DNA from: a phage
Sequence record: PZ379177.1
Strand: one strand, 5' to 3'
DNA length: 64,000 nt
Shown: positions 10,076 to 19,388 of the stretch, one piece after another
Numbering within the stretch: the first letter of the stretch is position 1
Layout of the letters: every line of letters begins with the position of its first letter
Made by a program: the position numbers and the translations under genes
The notes under the pieces: model-generated
Told to the model about the DNA's origin: nothing
What the model saw: the letters and a program-made list of their open reading frames with translations, nothing else
Databases searched by the model: none

Positions 10076-10540
10076 TTAAACGCGGAACAAATCATCTTCT
10101 TGGTCGCCGCTCAATTTAACCTTGATGCGCTTGTCAGCAGTTTCACGCGTCATAGGTGCGAACGGGTCATCTGACATGCCGCGCACTTCTTTAGCGACAG
10201 CCTTGTGATTGCCAACGATGTCGTGGTTAACCACTTTAACCAGACCTTTTTCAAGGTGCTGCTTGAATACGTGATGATCTTTTAAATGTTCAAAATCAGC
10301 ATCGCTTACAACGGTGACGATTCCTTCAGGAGTCCACAAAGGTGCACCATCAGCGCCTTTTGCCATTTCACCAAAGCCGGAAGTTGCCGAAGTAAGACCA
10401 GCACCGCCCTTGATCAGAATCTGTTTGCGAATATTTGGAAGAGCGCCTGAACCAGCTTTTGCGTTCGGATTTTCTTTCACTTCCGTATAGAAAGTGTAGT
10501 TGACTGACATAGACATAGTTGAAACGATGTATTTTGGCAT
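10076..10540 (-). CDS. hypothetical structural protein
   Basis: 154-aa ORF downstream of capsid gene. Confidence 0.4.
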   Translation of the reverse strand: MPKYIVSTMSMSVNYTFYTEVKENPNAKAGSGALPNIRKQILIKGGAGLTSATSGFGEMAKGADGAPLWTPEGIVTVVSDADFEHLKDHHVFKQHLEKGLVKVVNHDIVGNHKAVAKEVRGMSDDPFAPMTRETADKRIKVKLSGDQEDDLFRV

Positions 10541-10655
10541 TTTGTAGTCCTATTTATATAAGCCTCAGATAAGCCCCTACAGCCCTTGAGGTCTATTGAT
10601 ATGGGGCGAAGCCTTTCGACCACGCCCCATGTGTTTTACTGTGTAATCACAGCAA

Positions 10656-11795
10656 TTAGATACCAGTCATACGGACGACTGCGAAAGGACGCTTGAGCAG
10701 AACGCCTGCTGTTGCGTTTGCGTAGTCTTCAACGTAGCTCTTAGCACGTTTCTCAACGCCCAGAGTCATGAACTTAGTCTGGACCAGCTGACTGAATACT
10801 GAACCATCATCGCTTGAGCCATCAATTGAGGAATCGATGTGATCAGCGTACAGATATGCCACATTCAGGAAAGTCGGGTCACTGCCAAGTGCGCCGTTGA
10901 GTTCCGGTGCAGATTTGATCTTCATCTTCGGATAAGTCTGGGTGATCCAGTCACGTACAGAAATACCGAAGTCGGTGGTGTTTGACAGCCAATCAATAGA
11001 GTTGGTCGGCAGCGCCAGAGTCATGTCAACCTTCTCTGGATCAATCTGGTCCTGAGAGTTTACACGAATTTGACGAACCATCAAACGGATGTCTGCAGTC
11101 ACCTGTTGGAAGGTCGCAGTAGCCCAGCCGGAAGTGGTGTTTGAAGTCATCGCCGCTGGCAGGTTTGGATCATTCAGGAAGCCGAACGTGCGGTTGTTCC
11201 CGTTGTACCAACCATAGAAGCCGATTGCGTTACGCATGATTTCCAGAGATACAGCAGCCTGCTGGCGCTTGGTTTCTGCGGAGTTCAGACGCATCGCAGA
11301 CGCGCGACCTTCTTCCAGCATGCCGACTGCCATGCCCATTTCACCGCGAACGATGGAACGGCGTTCAAAGTTTACGTTCCAGCTTGCCAGAGGAATAGCG
11401 GTGAAATCACCATATTCAACTGCGGTGCCAGCTGGTTCAACAATGCCCTGAACGATTTCTGCATCTTCCCACTGGCCAACGGTGTCAATACCAACCAGCT
11501 CGTCAATTTTACGAGCAGCGGTCATGATTTTGACGAAGCCAGGCAGCCACTGTTGCAGGAACTGCAGCGGGGTCGGGATTGATGGCGTGGTCTGCGGCGC
11601 AGTAAATGCGGCGTCACCTACGCGGAAAGCGCCTGCACGGTTTAAGTGCTCAATCTGATCACGCACAATCGCGGAATCAAACACAATACCGATACGCGCA
11701 AGCTGGGAAACAGCCGCGTCGGTCACGGATTGCATATCAAAAGGGCGCACCTTGCTCGCTGGGAGGCGAGAGTGTGTTTGGCTAATGCGAGTCAT
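10656..11795 (-). CDS. major capsid protein (putative)
   Basis: 379 aa; position after scaffold-like gene; followed by a 115-bp hairpin-containing intergenic region; composition typical of coat proteins. Confidence 0.55.
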   Translation of the reverse strand: MTRISQTHSRLPASKVRPFDMQSVTDAAVSQLARIGIVFDSAIVRDQIEHLNRAGAFRVGDAAFTAPQTTPSIPTPLQFLQQWLPGFVKIMTAARKIDELVGIDTVGQWEDAEIVQGIVEPAGTAVEYGDFTAIPLASWNVNFERRSIVRGEMGMAVGMLEEGRASAMRLNSAETKRQQAAVSLEIMRNAIGFYGWYNGNNRTFGFLNDPNLPAAMTSNTTSGWATATFQQVTADIRLMVRQIRVNSQDQIDPEKVDMTLALPTNSIDWLSNTTDFGISVRDWITQTYPKMKIKSAPELNGALGSDPTFLNVAYLYADHIDSSIDGSSDDGSVFSQLVQTKFMTLGVEKRAKSYVEDYANATAGVLLKRPFAVVRMTGI

Positions 11796-11809
11796 TATTC
11801 ACCTGCCTA

Positions 11810-12427
11810 TTAACGAGTCAATTGTACAATGGTATAAGTGGAAGACTGGACGCTTGGGCCGGAAAGGGCAATAGCAGTCGGGTCAATCACAATACCGCCT
11901 GGGATGGCAACCATGCCAGTTGGCAGTGAGCCAGTATAGGCGATAATTGCACCGATAGGCAAGTTGTTCGGGTTGTTGCCGCTGGAAATGCCTTTAGGTA
12001 CATAAGCGAGCAGGTCGCCGTAGTTCAGCGTCTGCGGGCTGGTGCTTGGGTTGAATACTTCAACTACGAGGCCCGTGCACATATCATAGAACTCGCCTTC
12101 GCTATATTGAGGCAGAACCATGCTGGCACCCAAAGGACCAGTAGAGTTGCCATACAGCGCGTAACGCTTGCTATTGCCGAGGATGCCGTAGTAGTTGGTG
12201 CCGCCCAGCTCAACTTCAAAGTCCTGCGCGCCCAAAGTTTTGGTTTGACCAGTACCCATTAAGGATACGTCAGTCTTAAAACCGAACACACGGCTGATGG
12301 CGTTTACGTTTGCGCCTTCGTTGGCGTTGGCAATTCGGCCTGGCTTCCCACGCTGTGGGCCGTCGCGAACGATGTCGCCAGGAAAGCCAGTTGTATATTG
12401 ACGGCCTACACTAGTTTGGAAAGTCAT
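11810..12427 (-). CDS. hypothetical head protein (decoration-like?)
   Basis: ORF trimmed to Met (MTFQTS) preceded by AAAGGGG RBS; Gly/Ser/Thr-rich. Confidence 0.45.
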   Translation of the reverse strand: MTFQTSVGRQYTTGFPGDIVRDGPQRGKPGRIANANEGANVNAISRVFGFKTDVSLMGTGQTKTLGAQDFEVELGGTNYYGILGNSKRYALYGNSTGPLGASMVLPQYSEGEFYDMCTGLVVEVFNPSTSPQTLNYGDLLAYVPKGISSGNNPNNLPIGAIIAYTGSLPTGMVAIPGGIVIDPTAIALSGPSVQSSTYTIVQLTR

Positions 12428-12429
12428 AT

Positions 12430-13848
12430 TTATTCCCCTTTCAACCAAGCTTCAAATGCTTCGTCAGTTGCTGCAGAATCCGCAGCGGCCTTTTGTTTTG
12501 CGACTACACGCTGTTTTTGACCGTGTTCAACGCCGCGCAGATAGTTATCCACAACGTCAAACTCAGCACCATCAACGCACTTCAAGCCTAACTTTTTAGC
12601 GCCATATTTCGCTACGGACTTGGAGTCCATAGTTGCATGATCAAAGGCACCAACAACTTTAGACAGGCGCTGGTAGAGGCTATTCTTACGAGCAGAATCA
12701 GCGTAGAAAGCAGCAACTGCTGAATCAGATGCCATTGAGTGTTCCCCTTTTGCTGGACCTGGCGACGCTTTCGCCGCTTTTGTCGGTTTGTCATCTTTTT
12801 CGACCGAAGCCCCCTTTACGTTGCTGTTTTGCAGGCCGCTAACCACATCTTCAGCTTTGTCGCAAGGTGATACATCTTCAGCCTTGACTTCAACTTCTTC
12901 GTCTTTGACTTCGGCTTCAACTTCTTCTTCATCACCTACCGCGCCACCTTTCAGTTTTGCAATAAGTGCTTCGATTTGGCTGATCAGTTGCGGAAGCTCG
13001 CCACCAGCGTGAGATTCAGTTTCAACTTCAAACTTCTCTTCACCTTCTGGAGTCTCTTCAGCTTCTGCTTTGACTTCTGGATCAACCATCACTTCTTCAC
13101 GTTCTTCGGTTGAATCCTTCTCTTCTGCTTTCACTTCAACTTCGTCCTGATGAGCAGCTTCGGTGCTCTCTTCATTCAGAAATTGTTCGAGCGCAGGGAT
13201 CAGTGATTTCAGCTGTTCAACAGCATTATCACGCGCTTTACCTTTTAACGGTTTTGGCATGTCTAAATCCTCGTTGGATGGTGTTACAGTCGTCAAACAA
13301 AGATGGTCAAAGCAACGACCATCCAGCACCCGTGCACCTGGTACTCGACCAACGTCCACGAGAGCAATGTGGTTGCCGCGAAGAGTTGTCTGTACCACTT
13401 CATACGGCTGCCCGTCAAACTCTCCAGACTGTATGATGAATTCACAGTCATAGCCCAAAGACAAGTCAACCTTTCCAGAATCGATGGCTTTCTTCAGACG
13501 ACGGCTAAAAACTTTAAGATCGCCGCGCATCCATGGCTTGTCATAATAAACATTGCCAGTTAGAACGCCATCAACGCCATACTCTTCGGGTGCTGTGTTA
13601 TCCTCATCACCTTCGAATCCAGAAAGCATTTCGTGATTGTCTATGAAAGGGATATTTTTGAATGAATCTATCGCTTCGGGGTCTTTCACCGCTGACTCTG
13701 GGCGATAAACTTTTACGATGCGATTCGGATCACCATCAAGTCCAACCTGACCTGCAGAATAATCAAAAATGCCAAATGACGAAATGGGACAACCCACAAT
13801 CGTCAAGAATCCATTTTTGTCAATTTCGCGTGCCGTTTGCATTCGCAT
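12430..13848 (-). CDS. scaffolding protein with N-terminal prohead-protease-like domain (putative)
   Basis: 472 aa; C-terminal half highly acidic (E/K/V/A low complexity) typical of scaffolds; first gene of leftward structural operon. Confidence 0.45.
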   Translation of the reverse strand: MRMQTAREIDKNGFLTIVGCPISSFGIFDYSAGQVGLDGDPNRIVKVYRPESAVKDPEAIDSFKNIPFIDNHEMLSGFEGDEDNTAPEEYGVDGVLTGNVYYDKPWMRGDLKVFSRRLKKAIDSGKVDLSLGYDCEFIIQSGEFDGQPYEVVQTTLRGNHIALVDVGRVPGARVLDGRCFDHLCLTTVTPSNEDLDMPKPLKGKARDNAVEQLKSLIPALEQFLNEESTEAAHQDEVEVKAEEKDSTEEREEVMVDPEVKAEAEETPEGEEKFEVETESHAGGELPQLISQIEALIAKLKGGAVGDEEEVEAEVKDEEVEVKAEDVSPCDKAEDVVSGLQNSNVKGASVEKDDKPTKAAKASPGPAKGEHSMASDSAVAAFYADSARKNSLYQRLSKVVGAFDHATMDSKSVAKYGAKKLGLKCVDGAEFDVVDNYLRGVEHGQKQRVVAKQKAAADSAATDEAFEAWLKGE

Positions 13849-13958
13849 CCACCCTCAAATAAGTATTGTGTATTATATCTAATGAAAAAAACTTAGGCAA
13901 ACAATAATTATGGTTTGAATATGTATAACAACCGATATAGCCGCGCCTTAATTAGTGT

Positions 13959-14221
13959 GATACGGATGATACGGATAAAATGAGGCGTATTTTTATCCGT
14001 ATCGGTGTATAAGCCGCGCTATCACTGGTGTGCTACGGATGATACGGATGATACGGATACTTTTCATATATAAGAGTTTATAAAAAAAATAAAATTAAAT
14101 TAGATATATAATTTTAAATTAATTTATTTGAATTCCTATAAAGTATCGCGGCAACGCGTATCATCCGTATCATCCGTAAGATTCTTTTGAAAACAACTAC
14201 TTACTTGATACGGATGATACG
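13959..14221. repeat. complex regulatory repeat module copy 1: inverted arrays of 9-bp GATACGGAT units flanking an AT-rich core
   Basis: GATACGGATGATACGGATA at 13959 and 14041, ATCCGTATC in opposite orientation at about 13995 and 14156-14184; core 14060-14150 is >85% AT. Confidence 0.6.
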
Positions 14222-14265
14222 TCATTATACGCGTAAAATCCTGCGGCAATCCATTGCCAGGCGAT

Positions 14266-14403
14266 TCAGTGAATATTAAAAAGCACTCCAGCAACTAAAA
14301 CGCCAATCAGCATCGAGTCGTAAACAGCCCATTTCCAAGAAAGCAAAGAGTTGCAATTAATATTTCGCACTTTAACGTAACGTGACTGAATAATCTTTTG
14401 CAT
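14266..14403 (-). CDS. small membrane protein (45 aa), not in ORF track
   Basis: ATG at 14403 preceded by AGAGGAAG RBS overlapping upstream stop; product MQKIIQSRYVKVRNINCNSLLSWKWAVYDSMLIGVLVAGVLFNIH has a C-terminal hydrophobic helix. Confidence 0.35.
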   Translation of the reverse strand: MQKIIQSRYVKVRNINCNSLLSWKWAVYDSMLIGVLVAGVLFNIH

Positions 14404-14413
14404 AACTTCCTCT

Positions 14414-15334
14414 TTAGTTCAACTTAATTGCGGTGATCTGTCCGTAAACGGTAGATGTCAATGCGTCTGTGCATTGATAGTTTAGATACACGTTGCCAGG
14501 CGCGGCAAGAGTAATTATCTTTGTTGGGATATTGCCGCCGAAACGACCTGCAGCCCGAATGCCAGCTGACATTGTAAATGCATCATCCGTAATATCTGAA
14601 TTACTTGTTGACAGCTTGACTGTAATTCCGGTATTCGCTTGAACTCCTGCTGTCGCGACAGTCAACTGACTTGCTGTCACAAGCCATTTCCCTGCAGGCA
14701 GGTTTAAGGTTGCCAGATTCACCAGAGTTGTCGGAGGATTGCTTACGCTGTTGCTTGCGTTCTGCACAGTGCTTGCAGCAGCATTAAGGACGCCAGAACC
14801 ATCAATTGATAGTGTCGTTCCTACCTTTATGCCACCCAAGGTTGATGCTGATGCAATCGGTAATGAGTATTGAGTCACACTAATTGTACCGTCACCTGCA
14901 ACGCTTATGCCACTTCCTATTTTGACGCCGCCAAGAACAGAAGCCGTTGCCGCTGGTAGTGTGTATTGGTTGCTGCTGGATTTGACTACCTTAACGGCGA
15001 CAGCATTCTTGGACCCTCCAGACTCCATGCCTATAATCACTGCTTCTCCAAAAGCGATGGCGATCGTAGATGCAGTTAAACCAGTCTGCACGTCTGTTAT
15101 GTTCATTTTGGGAACTGAAAGTGTCAGATTCGGCTTGCTGGTAGAATCGCCATCATTACCGATCATAAAGAACTGGCCAACTGAATTGTATCCAGACGCC
15201 AATGGCGGACTCAATGGAACAATCAGGTTTTTATCGGATGTGAATTCCGAAACAATCGCCAAACCGTTAGCATATACAGCAGGCAATACTGGCGTTTGTC
15301 CAGATAGAGGAAACGTGCTGATTGGTATCGTCAT
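14414..15334 (-). CDS. fibre-like structural protein with internal sequence repeats
   Basis: repeated block ATASVLGGVKIGSGISVAGDGTISV / ASASTLGGIKVGTTLSIDGSGVLN; start trimmed to internal Met to avoid overlap. Confidence 0.45.
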   Translation of the reverse strand: MTIPISTFPLSGQTPVLPAVYANGLAIVSEFTSDKNLIVPLSPPLASGYNSVGQFFMIGNDGDSTSKPNLTLSVPKMNITDVQTGLTASTIAIAFGEAVIIGMESGGSKNAVAVKVVKSSSNQYTLPAATASVLGGVKIGSGISVAGDGTISVTQYSLPIASASTLGGIKVGTTLSIDGSGVLNAAASTVQNASNSVSNPPTTLVNLATLNLPAGKWLVTASQLTVATAGVQANTGITVKLSTSNSDITDDAFTMSAGIRAAGRFGGNIPTKIITLAAPGNVYLNYQCTDALTSTVYGQITAIKLN

Positions 15335-15341
15335 AATGACC

Positions 15342-16193
15342 TCAAATGATTGGTATTTTTCTGCACTTGCAGTGTATCGCCCATCCAGGAGGACCGATGT
15401 CACCCTTTTTGAACTTCAACTCTCCGCCCACTTCCCATAGACGCTTGTCATCAAGTTTGAATCTCATTCCGTCGACATGTTCATGAGAGATTCGCGGCTC
15501 CTTTCCTGCTCCTGAGTGCGCCCATTCAAATTCTTCAACTCCATTCTGGCGCATCCTTTCATCGCTTAGAACGCAATACAATTTGCTTGTCTGGTCTTTA
15601 GCGATTAAGTCGACTCTCTTTGCAGAGAAGTGTTTTACGTTTCGCAGCGCCGCCTGAATGCCTGACGTGCCTTGCTGGGCTGGGTCGGGCGAAGTCAGCG
15701 AAAGCATGACTGCTTCGTACACTCTGTTGTGAATATCCTCGCCGACCTTAGTCACTAGAGTCGTGTTAAACGTCTCGCTTGTTCTAAGAGTGTTCTCAAC
15801 GAATTTGTTATATGTGGCCTTTGGCGCTTCTATGCCTGCGGACTTAAGGCTGGCGAATGTAGCAGAAGTAGCACCCTTTTCAACCGACTTGATAAAATCA
15901 GCGGCAATCTTCGACCCAACACGAGCAAACGCCTTTGCCCATTTCAGCTGCAGACGTTTCATAAGAGTTTGGAATGTTGAATCAGCAGAGTCTTGCGCAA
16001 AGAACTTCTGCACCTGCTTCTTTTCAAGCCACTCTGAAATTCCTGCCTGATAGTCATCAATCATCGCATAGCAAAGACCTTTCATCTCACGACGGTAGGC
16101 CATCGCAATAGCGTTTGATGGGATTATCGGACTGCCGCGCCCGATTCTATCGGGTGAGCGGCGTTCACGTTTTTTCGAAGCTTTAAAAGCCAT
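15342..16193 (-). CDS. head morphogenesis protein, Mu gpF / SPP1 gp7 family
   Basis: motifs HEHVDGMRF and GPPGWAIHCKCR near C-terminus; located directly downstream of portal. Confidence 0.7.
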   Translation of the reverse strand: MAFKASKKRERRSPDRIGRGSPIIPSNAIAMAYRREMKGLCYAMIDDYQAGISEWLEKKQVQKFFAQDSADSTFQTLMKRLQLKWAKAFARVGSKIAADFIKSVEKGATSATFASLKSAGIEAPKATYNKFVENTLRTSETFNTTLVTKVGEDIHNRVYEAVMLSLTSPDPAQQGTSGIQAALRNVKHFSAKRVDLIAKDQTSKLYCVLSDERMRQNGVEEFEWAHSGAGKEPRISHEHVDGMRFKLDDKRLWEVGGELKFKKGDIGPPGWAIHCKCRKIPII

Positions 16194-16194
16194 A

Positions 16195-18603
16195 TCAACC
16201 TTGCTTCGGTGAATTAGTAGGATTATTGAGTGCTCCGTATGCTTGAGAGCAATCACCCTTCAACCACTCCTTGAATGAGTTCACATCTAATTCGTGGATT
16301 GAGTCGAATCCGTTCCAACCGTTACCAAATGATGCTTGATAAGCTTCTTTCGCTTCTTCTGCTGAATCGAATCCAAGCATACACTTGTGTTCATCAAACT
16401 CGCCAGAGTAGTTATCGTTTTGGTTCACGATAAAGACTTTCGGCGACTTCAGATTTGGACCCACAAAGCAGTCGACTTCATCACCGTCTGCGCCCTTGGT
16501 GCCCTTGATGAATCCGTAGTGGTGCGGCATCTTCACGGCCCATTCACCGTCAAGGCTGTTTCCTCTACGAATGCTGTTTCGCGGATTCTCAATGCCAAGA
16601 ATCATTCCGTGCAACTTCATCTTAGGTAATGATGCTGCGTCCATTTTACCCACGTTGTGGCGTAAGTTGACGACGTGTCCTTTAACGCTTGGAAGGGTAG
16701 ACGGTTGCACCGACCGTGAATCTTTTTGAGGGTCAAAATCCACATCCTGACCTTCTTTCAGGTAGTAATCCGCAATACCCTCCAGCCCTTCTTTCAACTG
16801 CGTTAGGACATCAACCTGATGGCTTGATTCATCACCGGTATCGTCCATGTTGATTTCGACAGGCGCTTTGTCAGGGTTTTCCGCCAACTCACCACGCGCA
16901 GCACCCTCTGGCATAATACCTGTTTCGCTATAGAACTGGCCGCCCATCTTAACGACATCAGCTTTCGCCTGTTCAATATCGGCCTTACCTTGCAGGACTT
17001 CACCAGCAGACTTGCCAAGCAATGCCATATTCTCTGGAGACATCCCTGGGGTTTCTTCTGCTGCGTCTTCCGGCAGACGGTTGTAGCCGCTGTTTTTGTC
17101 GTCTTTGATGCGGTCGCGCTCTTCATCAGGAGAAATGACGCCAGCATCAATAAGAGTTTTGCCAGTGTTGGCTCGCTTATCATTGATTTCTGCAAGTTGA
17201 GTAGCAGTAAGTGAGCCAACTGGTTCCCATGCAACCTTAACATCGACATCCACCCCTTCTGATTTGAGAAGGATTTTGTAATGGCGGTCGAGAATTTTTG
17301 TCAGGTCATGCTGCTGGCACGTTTCCAACTCTTCGTGATAGCTGACCATCTCGAATTCACCAGTGGCGTTAAAGCCTTTTGGCGAAGTCCCAAGCAGTTT
17401 GGTCGACGGAACTTTTGCGATTGCGGCCACAAGCTGGTACTGGTTCATGATGATGCTGTCGAAGTCTGACAAGTTGATGTCAAACTGGTCCATCTCTTCT
17501 TTTTGGCCAAGCACTTTGACTGCATAGTTGTCGCGGTACTTGATCCACATCATCAGACGTTCTGCAAAAGACCGCTCATTGGCAATAGCCTTGTCAACGT
17601 CGGTCCGCAGCGTCGTTGTACGCTTGGACATCGCCAGCAATGGCGCTTCGTTGGCGGTACGTTCAGCGGCATAGATGCGTTCATAAATCTGCTGAGTCAG
17701 AGGGATGCCGCCGTAAATATAAGTCGGCTTGAGAATATCAGCTGGCTCATCGTTGCGCAAGATTATGAGGTGGCTGCGATGATAACGTTGTCCGCTGATT
17801 ACCCAATATTCTGGGTCATAGAAGTGCTGTGATGCAGGGTCTGCCGTGTTTTCAGACGTCAGAAACGGCATCATCCAATAAGGGTCAACCTGAATGATTC
17901 CCTTATAAGACCCCTTTGTCACACCATCAATGTTAAAAGGCTTGCTGTAATATTCTGGGTCATCGCTACGCACATCAAATATGATGACGCGGATACCAAA
18001 AATATTTTTGAATCGTTCGGCTTCAACTAAGTGCTCTTTGATATTAAATTCTTTATCAATTTGCTTTAGGCGTTCGCTTGCCTGTACTGACAATTCTGAC
18101 TCAGAACTGGATTTGACTTCCCAACCTTTACGGACCGCATCGCGGCCTACCATGGAACACGCCTTGTTCACCAGCCAATGCTGTGCGATGATGGCACAAG
18201 CTTGATAGCCGATGAATGACTGTGACAGATACCAGTTTTGAAGTTGAATAGGTACTGTGTATGGGTTGACTTGCCCTTCTGAACTGATGTTCTTTAAGGC
18301 ATTATCCATAACCTTTTTGGATACTGTTGCGGAATCGACTGAACGACCTTTTATGATTGCAACACCATCGCCATTAATATCAGGCTCATATAAAGGGAAG
18401 TCATCAACCGTTTTAAAGGTCGGTCGATTGCTTTCAGTCTTTTCCCAGCGTTGACCGCTGCCGCGCCTTTCAAGGCGTTCAAACGGTGCCAATGGGTCGC
18501 CTGGCGGCATCTCCGCTGGTTCGGCTTCTGGTTGCGTCTTCTCCCAGAGTTTTATGCCAAGAATTTTCATTGTTAACGCCACCTGACAGTGAAAGGGAAT
18601 CAA
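16195..18603 (-). CDS. portal protein with C-terminal inorganic pyrophosphatase-like domain
   Basis: 802 aa between terminase and Mu-F-like gene; C-terminal HHYGFIKGTKGADGDEVDCFVG and AEEAKEAYQASF resemble family I PPase YGYINHTLSLDGDPVDVLV and AEAAKAEIVASF. Confidence 0.6.
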   Translation of the reverse strand: MIPFHCQVALTMKILGIKLWEKTQPEAEPAEMPPGDPLAPFERLERRGSGQRWEKTESNRPTFKTVDDFPLYEPDINGDGVAIIKGRSVDSATVSKKVMDNALKNISSEGQVNPYTVPIQLQNWYLSQSFIGYQACAIIAQHWLVNKACSMVGRDAVRKGWEVKSSSESELSVQASERLKQIDKEFNIKEHLVEAERFKNIFGIRVIIFDVRSDDPEYYSKPFNIDGVTKGSYKGIIQVDPYWMMPFLTSENTADPASQHFYDPEYWVISGQRYHRSHLIILRNDEPADILKPTYIYGGIPLTQQIYERIYAAERTANEAPLLAMSKRTTTLRTDVDKAIANERSFAERLMMWIKYRDNYAVKVLGQKEEMDQFDINLSDFDSIIMNQYQLVAAIAKVPSTKLLGTSPKGFNATGEFEMVSYHEELETCQQHDLTKILDRHYKILLKSEGVDVDVKVAWEPVGSLTATQLAEINDKRANTGKTLIDAGVISPDEERDRIKDDKNSGYNRLPEDAAEETPGMSPENMALLGKSAGEVLQGKADIEQAKADVVKMGGQFYSETGIMPEGAARGELAENPDKAPVEINMDDTGDESSHQVDVLTQLKEGLEGIADYYLKEGQDVDFDPQKDSRSVQPSTLPSVKGHVVNLRHNVGKMDAASLPKMKLHGMILGIENPRNSIRRGNSLDGEWAVKMPHHYGFIKGTKGADGDEVDCFVGPNLKSPKVFIVNQNDNYSGEFDEHKCMLGFDSAEEAKEAYQASFGNGWNGFDSIHELDVNSFKEWLKGDCSQAYGALNNPTNSPKQG

Positions 18604-18732
18604 TCTATATTATAAATATTCATGTGTTTGTAAGCAAATGATATGTATGGTGATCATAAATAGTTCATAAAATATTTTGCTTTTGTATCATTTTGAGTTA
18701 TATTTTAGTTAACTAAACGAAAGGAGATTGAA

Positions 18733-19149
18733 ATGAGCACAACAATTGTATTTGTCGTCCTACACAACGGCGAAGTCGTTAACGTATGCGAATATGAAGA
18801 AATGGCAAAGGCCACTGCTGCGAGATACGAAGGTGCTACTATTGACCCGTGGATTTTAGATGCGCGCAGCGTCTTGCAGGCGACTTTAGATGAGTGGTTG
18901 TTGGGTCGCAAGGTCTATCCAGTAGACAACATCGACTCAATTCAAGGCGAAACAGTATACTTTGAAGATGAATGCGTTCGCGGCATCGGCAAATTTATGG
19001 GATTATGTCCATCTTCATCCAAAAATAAATTTTATCGTATTCAAGTTGAAGAAAACGATATGTTTGACAAAGTCACGCGCTCGATTGTTCCTGGCGGCGG
19101 CACTCCAATCTTTATGGCAGAATCAGACATCAAGGGGATTATCAAATGA
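18733..19149 (+). CDS. hypothetical protein
   Basis: 138-aa ORF with strong RBS AAAGGAG 6 nt upstream of ATG. Confidence 0.5.
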   Translation: MSTTIVFVVLHNGEVVNVCEYEEMAKATAARYEGATIDPWILDARSVLQATLDEWLLGRKVYPVDNIDSIQGETVYFEDECVRGIGKFMGLCPSSSKNKFYRIQVEENDMFDKVTRSIVPGGGTPIFMAESDIKGIIK

Positions 19150-19385
19150 GAACTTTAACCGAACTCGATGTTTTGAAAGATGTTGCAGCCGCGCTGGGCG
19201 TTGAAGTCTCCGAAAAGTCGACACTGGGTGCGTTGCGTCGCGATTTACTCGAAGCCGTCGACCGCAACGATTTTGATCGTAAGTGTTTGCAAAAGAAGAT
19301 TCGACAGGCAGTAAGGGCGGGTAAGCGATTCCGTGCCAGGTCGTTTGCCGCAAGAAAACTCGACCTTCAGCACGGAATGCTTTAA
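19146..19385 (+). CDS. hypothetical protein
   Basis: 79-aa ORF, ATGA start/stop overlap with upstream gene. Confidence 0.45.
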   Translation: MRTLTELDVLKDVAAALGVEVSEKSTLGALRRDLLEAVDRNDFDRKCLQKKIRQAVRAGKRFRARSFAARKLDLQHGML

Positions 19386-19388
19386 TTG

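Noticed and set aside
10541-10655. Hairpin ATGGGGCG...CGCCCCAT downstream of the major capsid gene as a terminator
   Set aside because: On the transcribed (minus) strand the stem is not followed by a U-rich tract. It may be an RNA stability or processing element, but the evidence is insufficient to call an intrinsic terminator.
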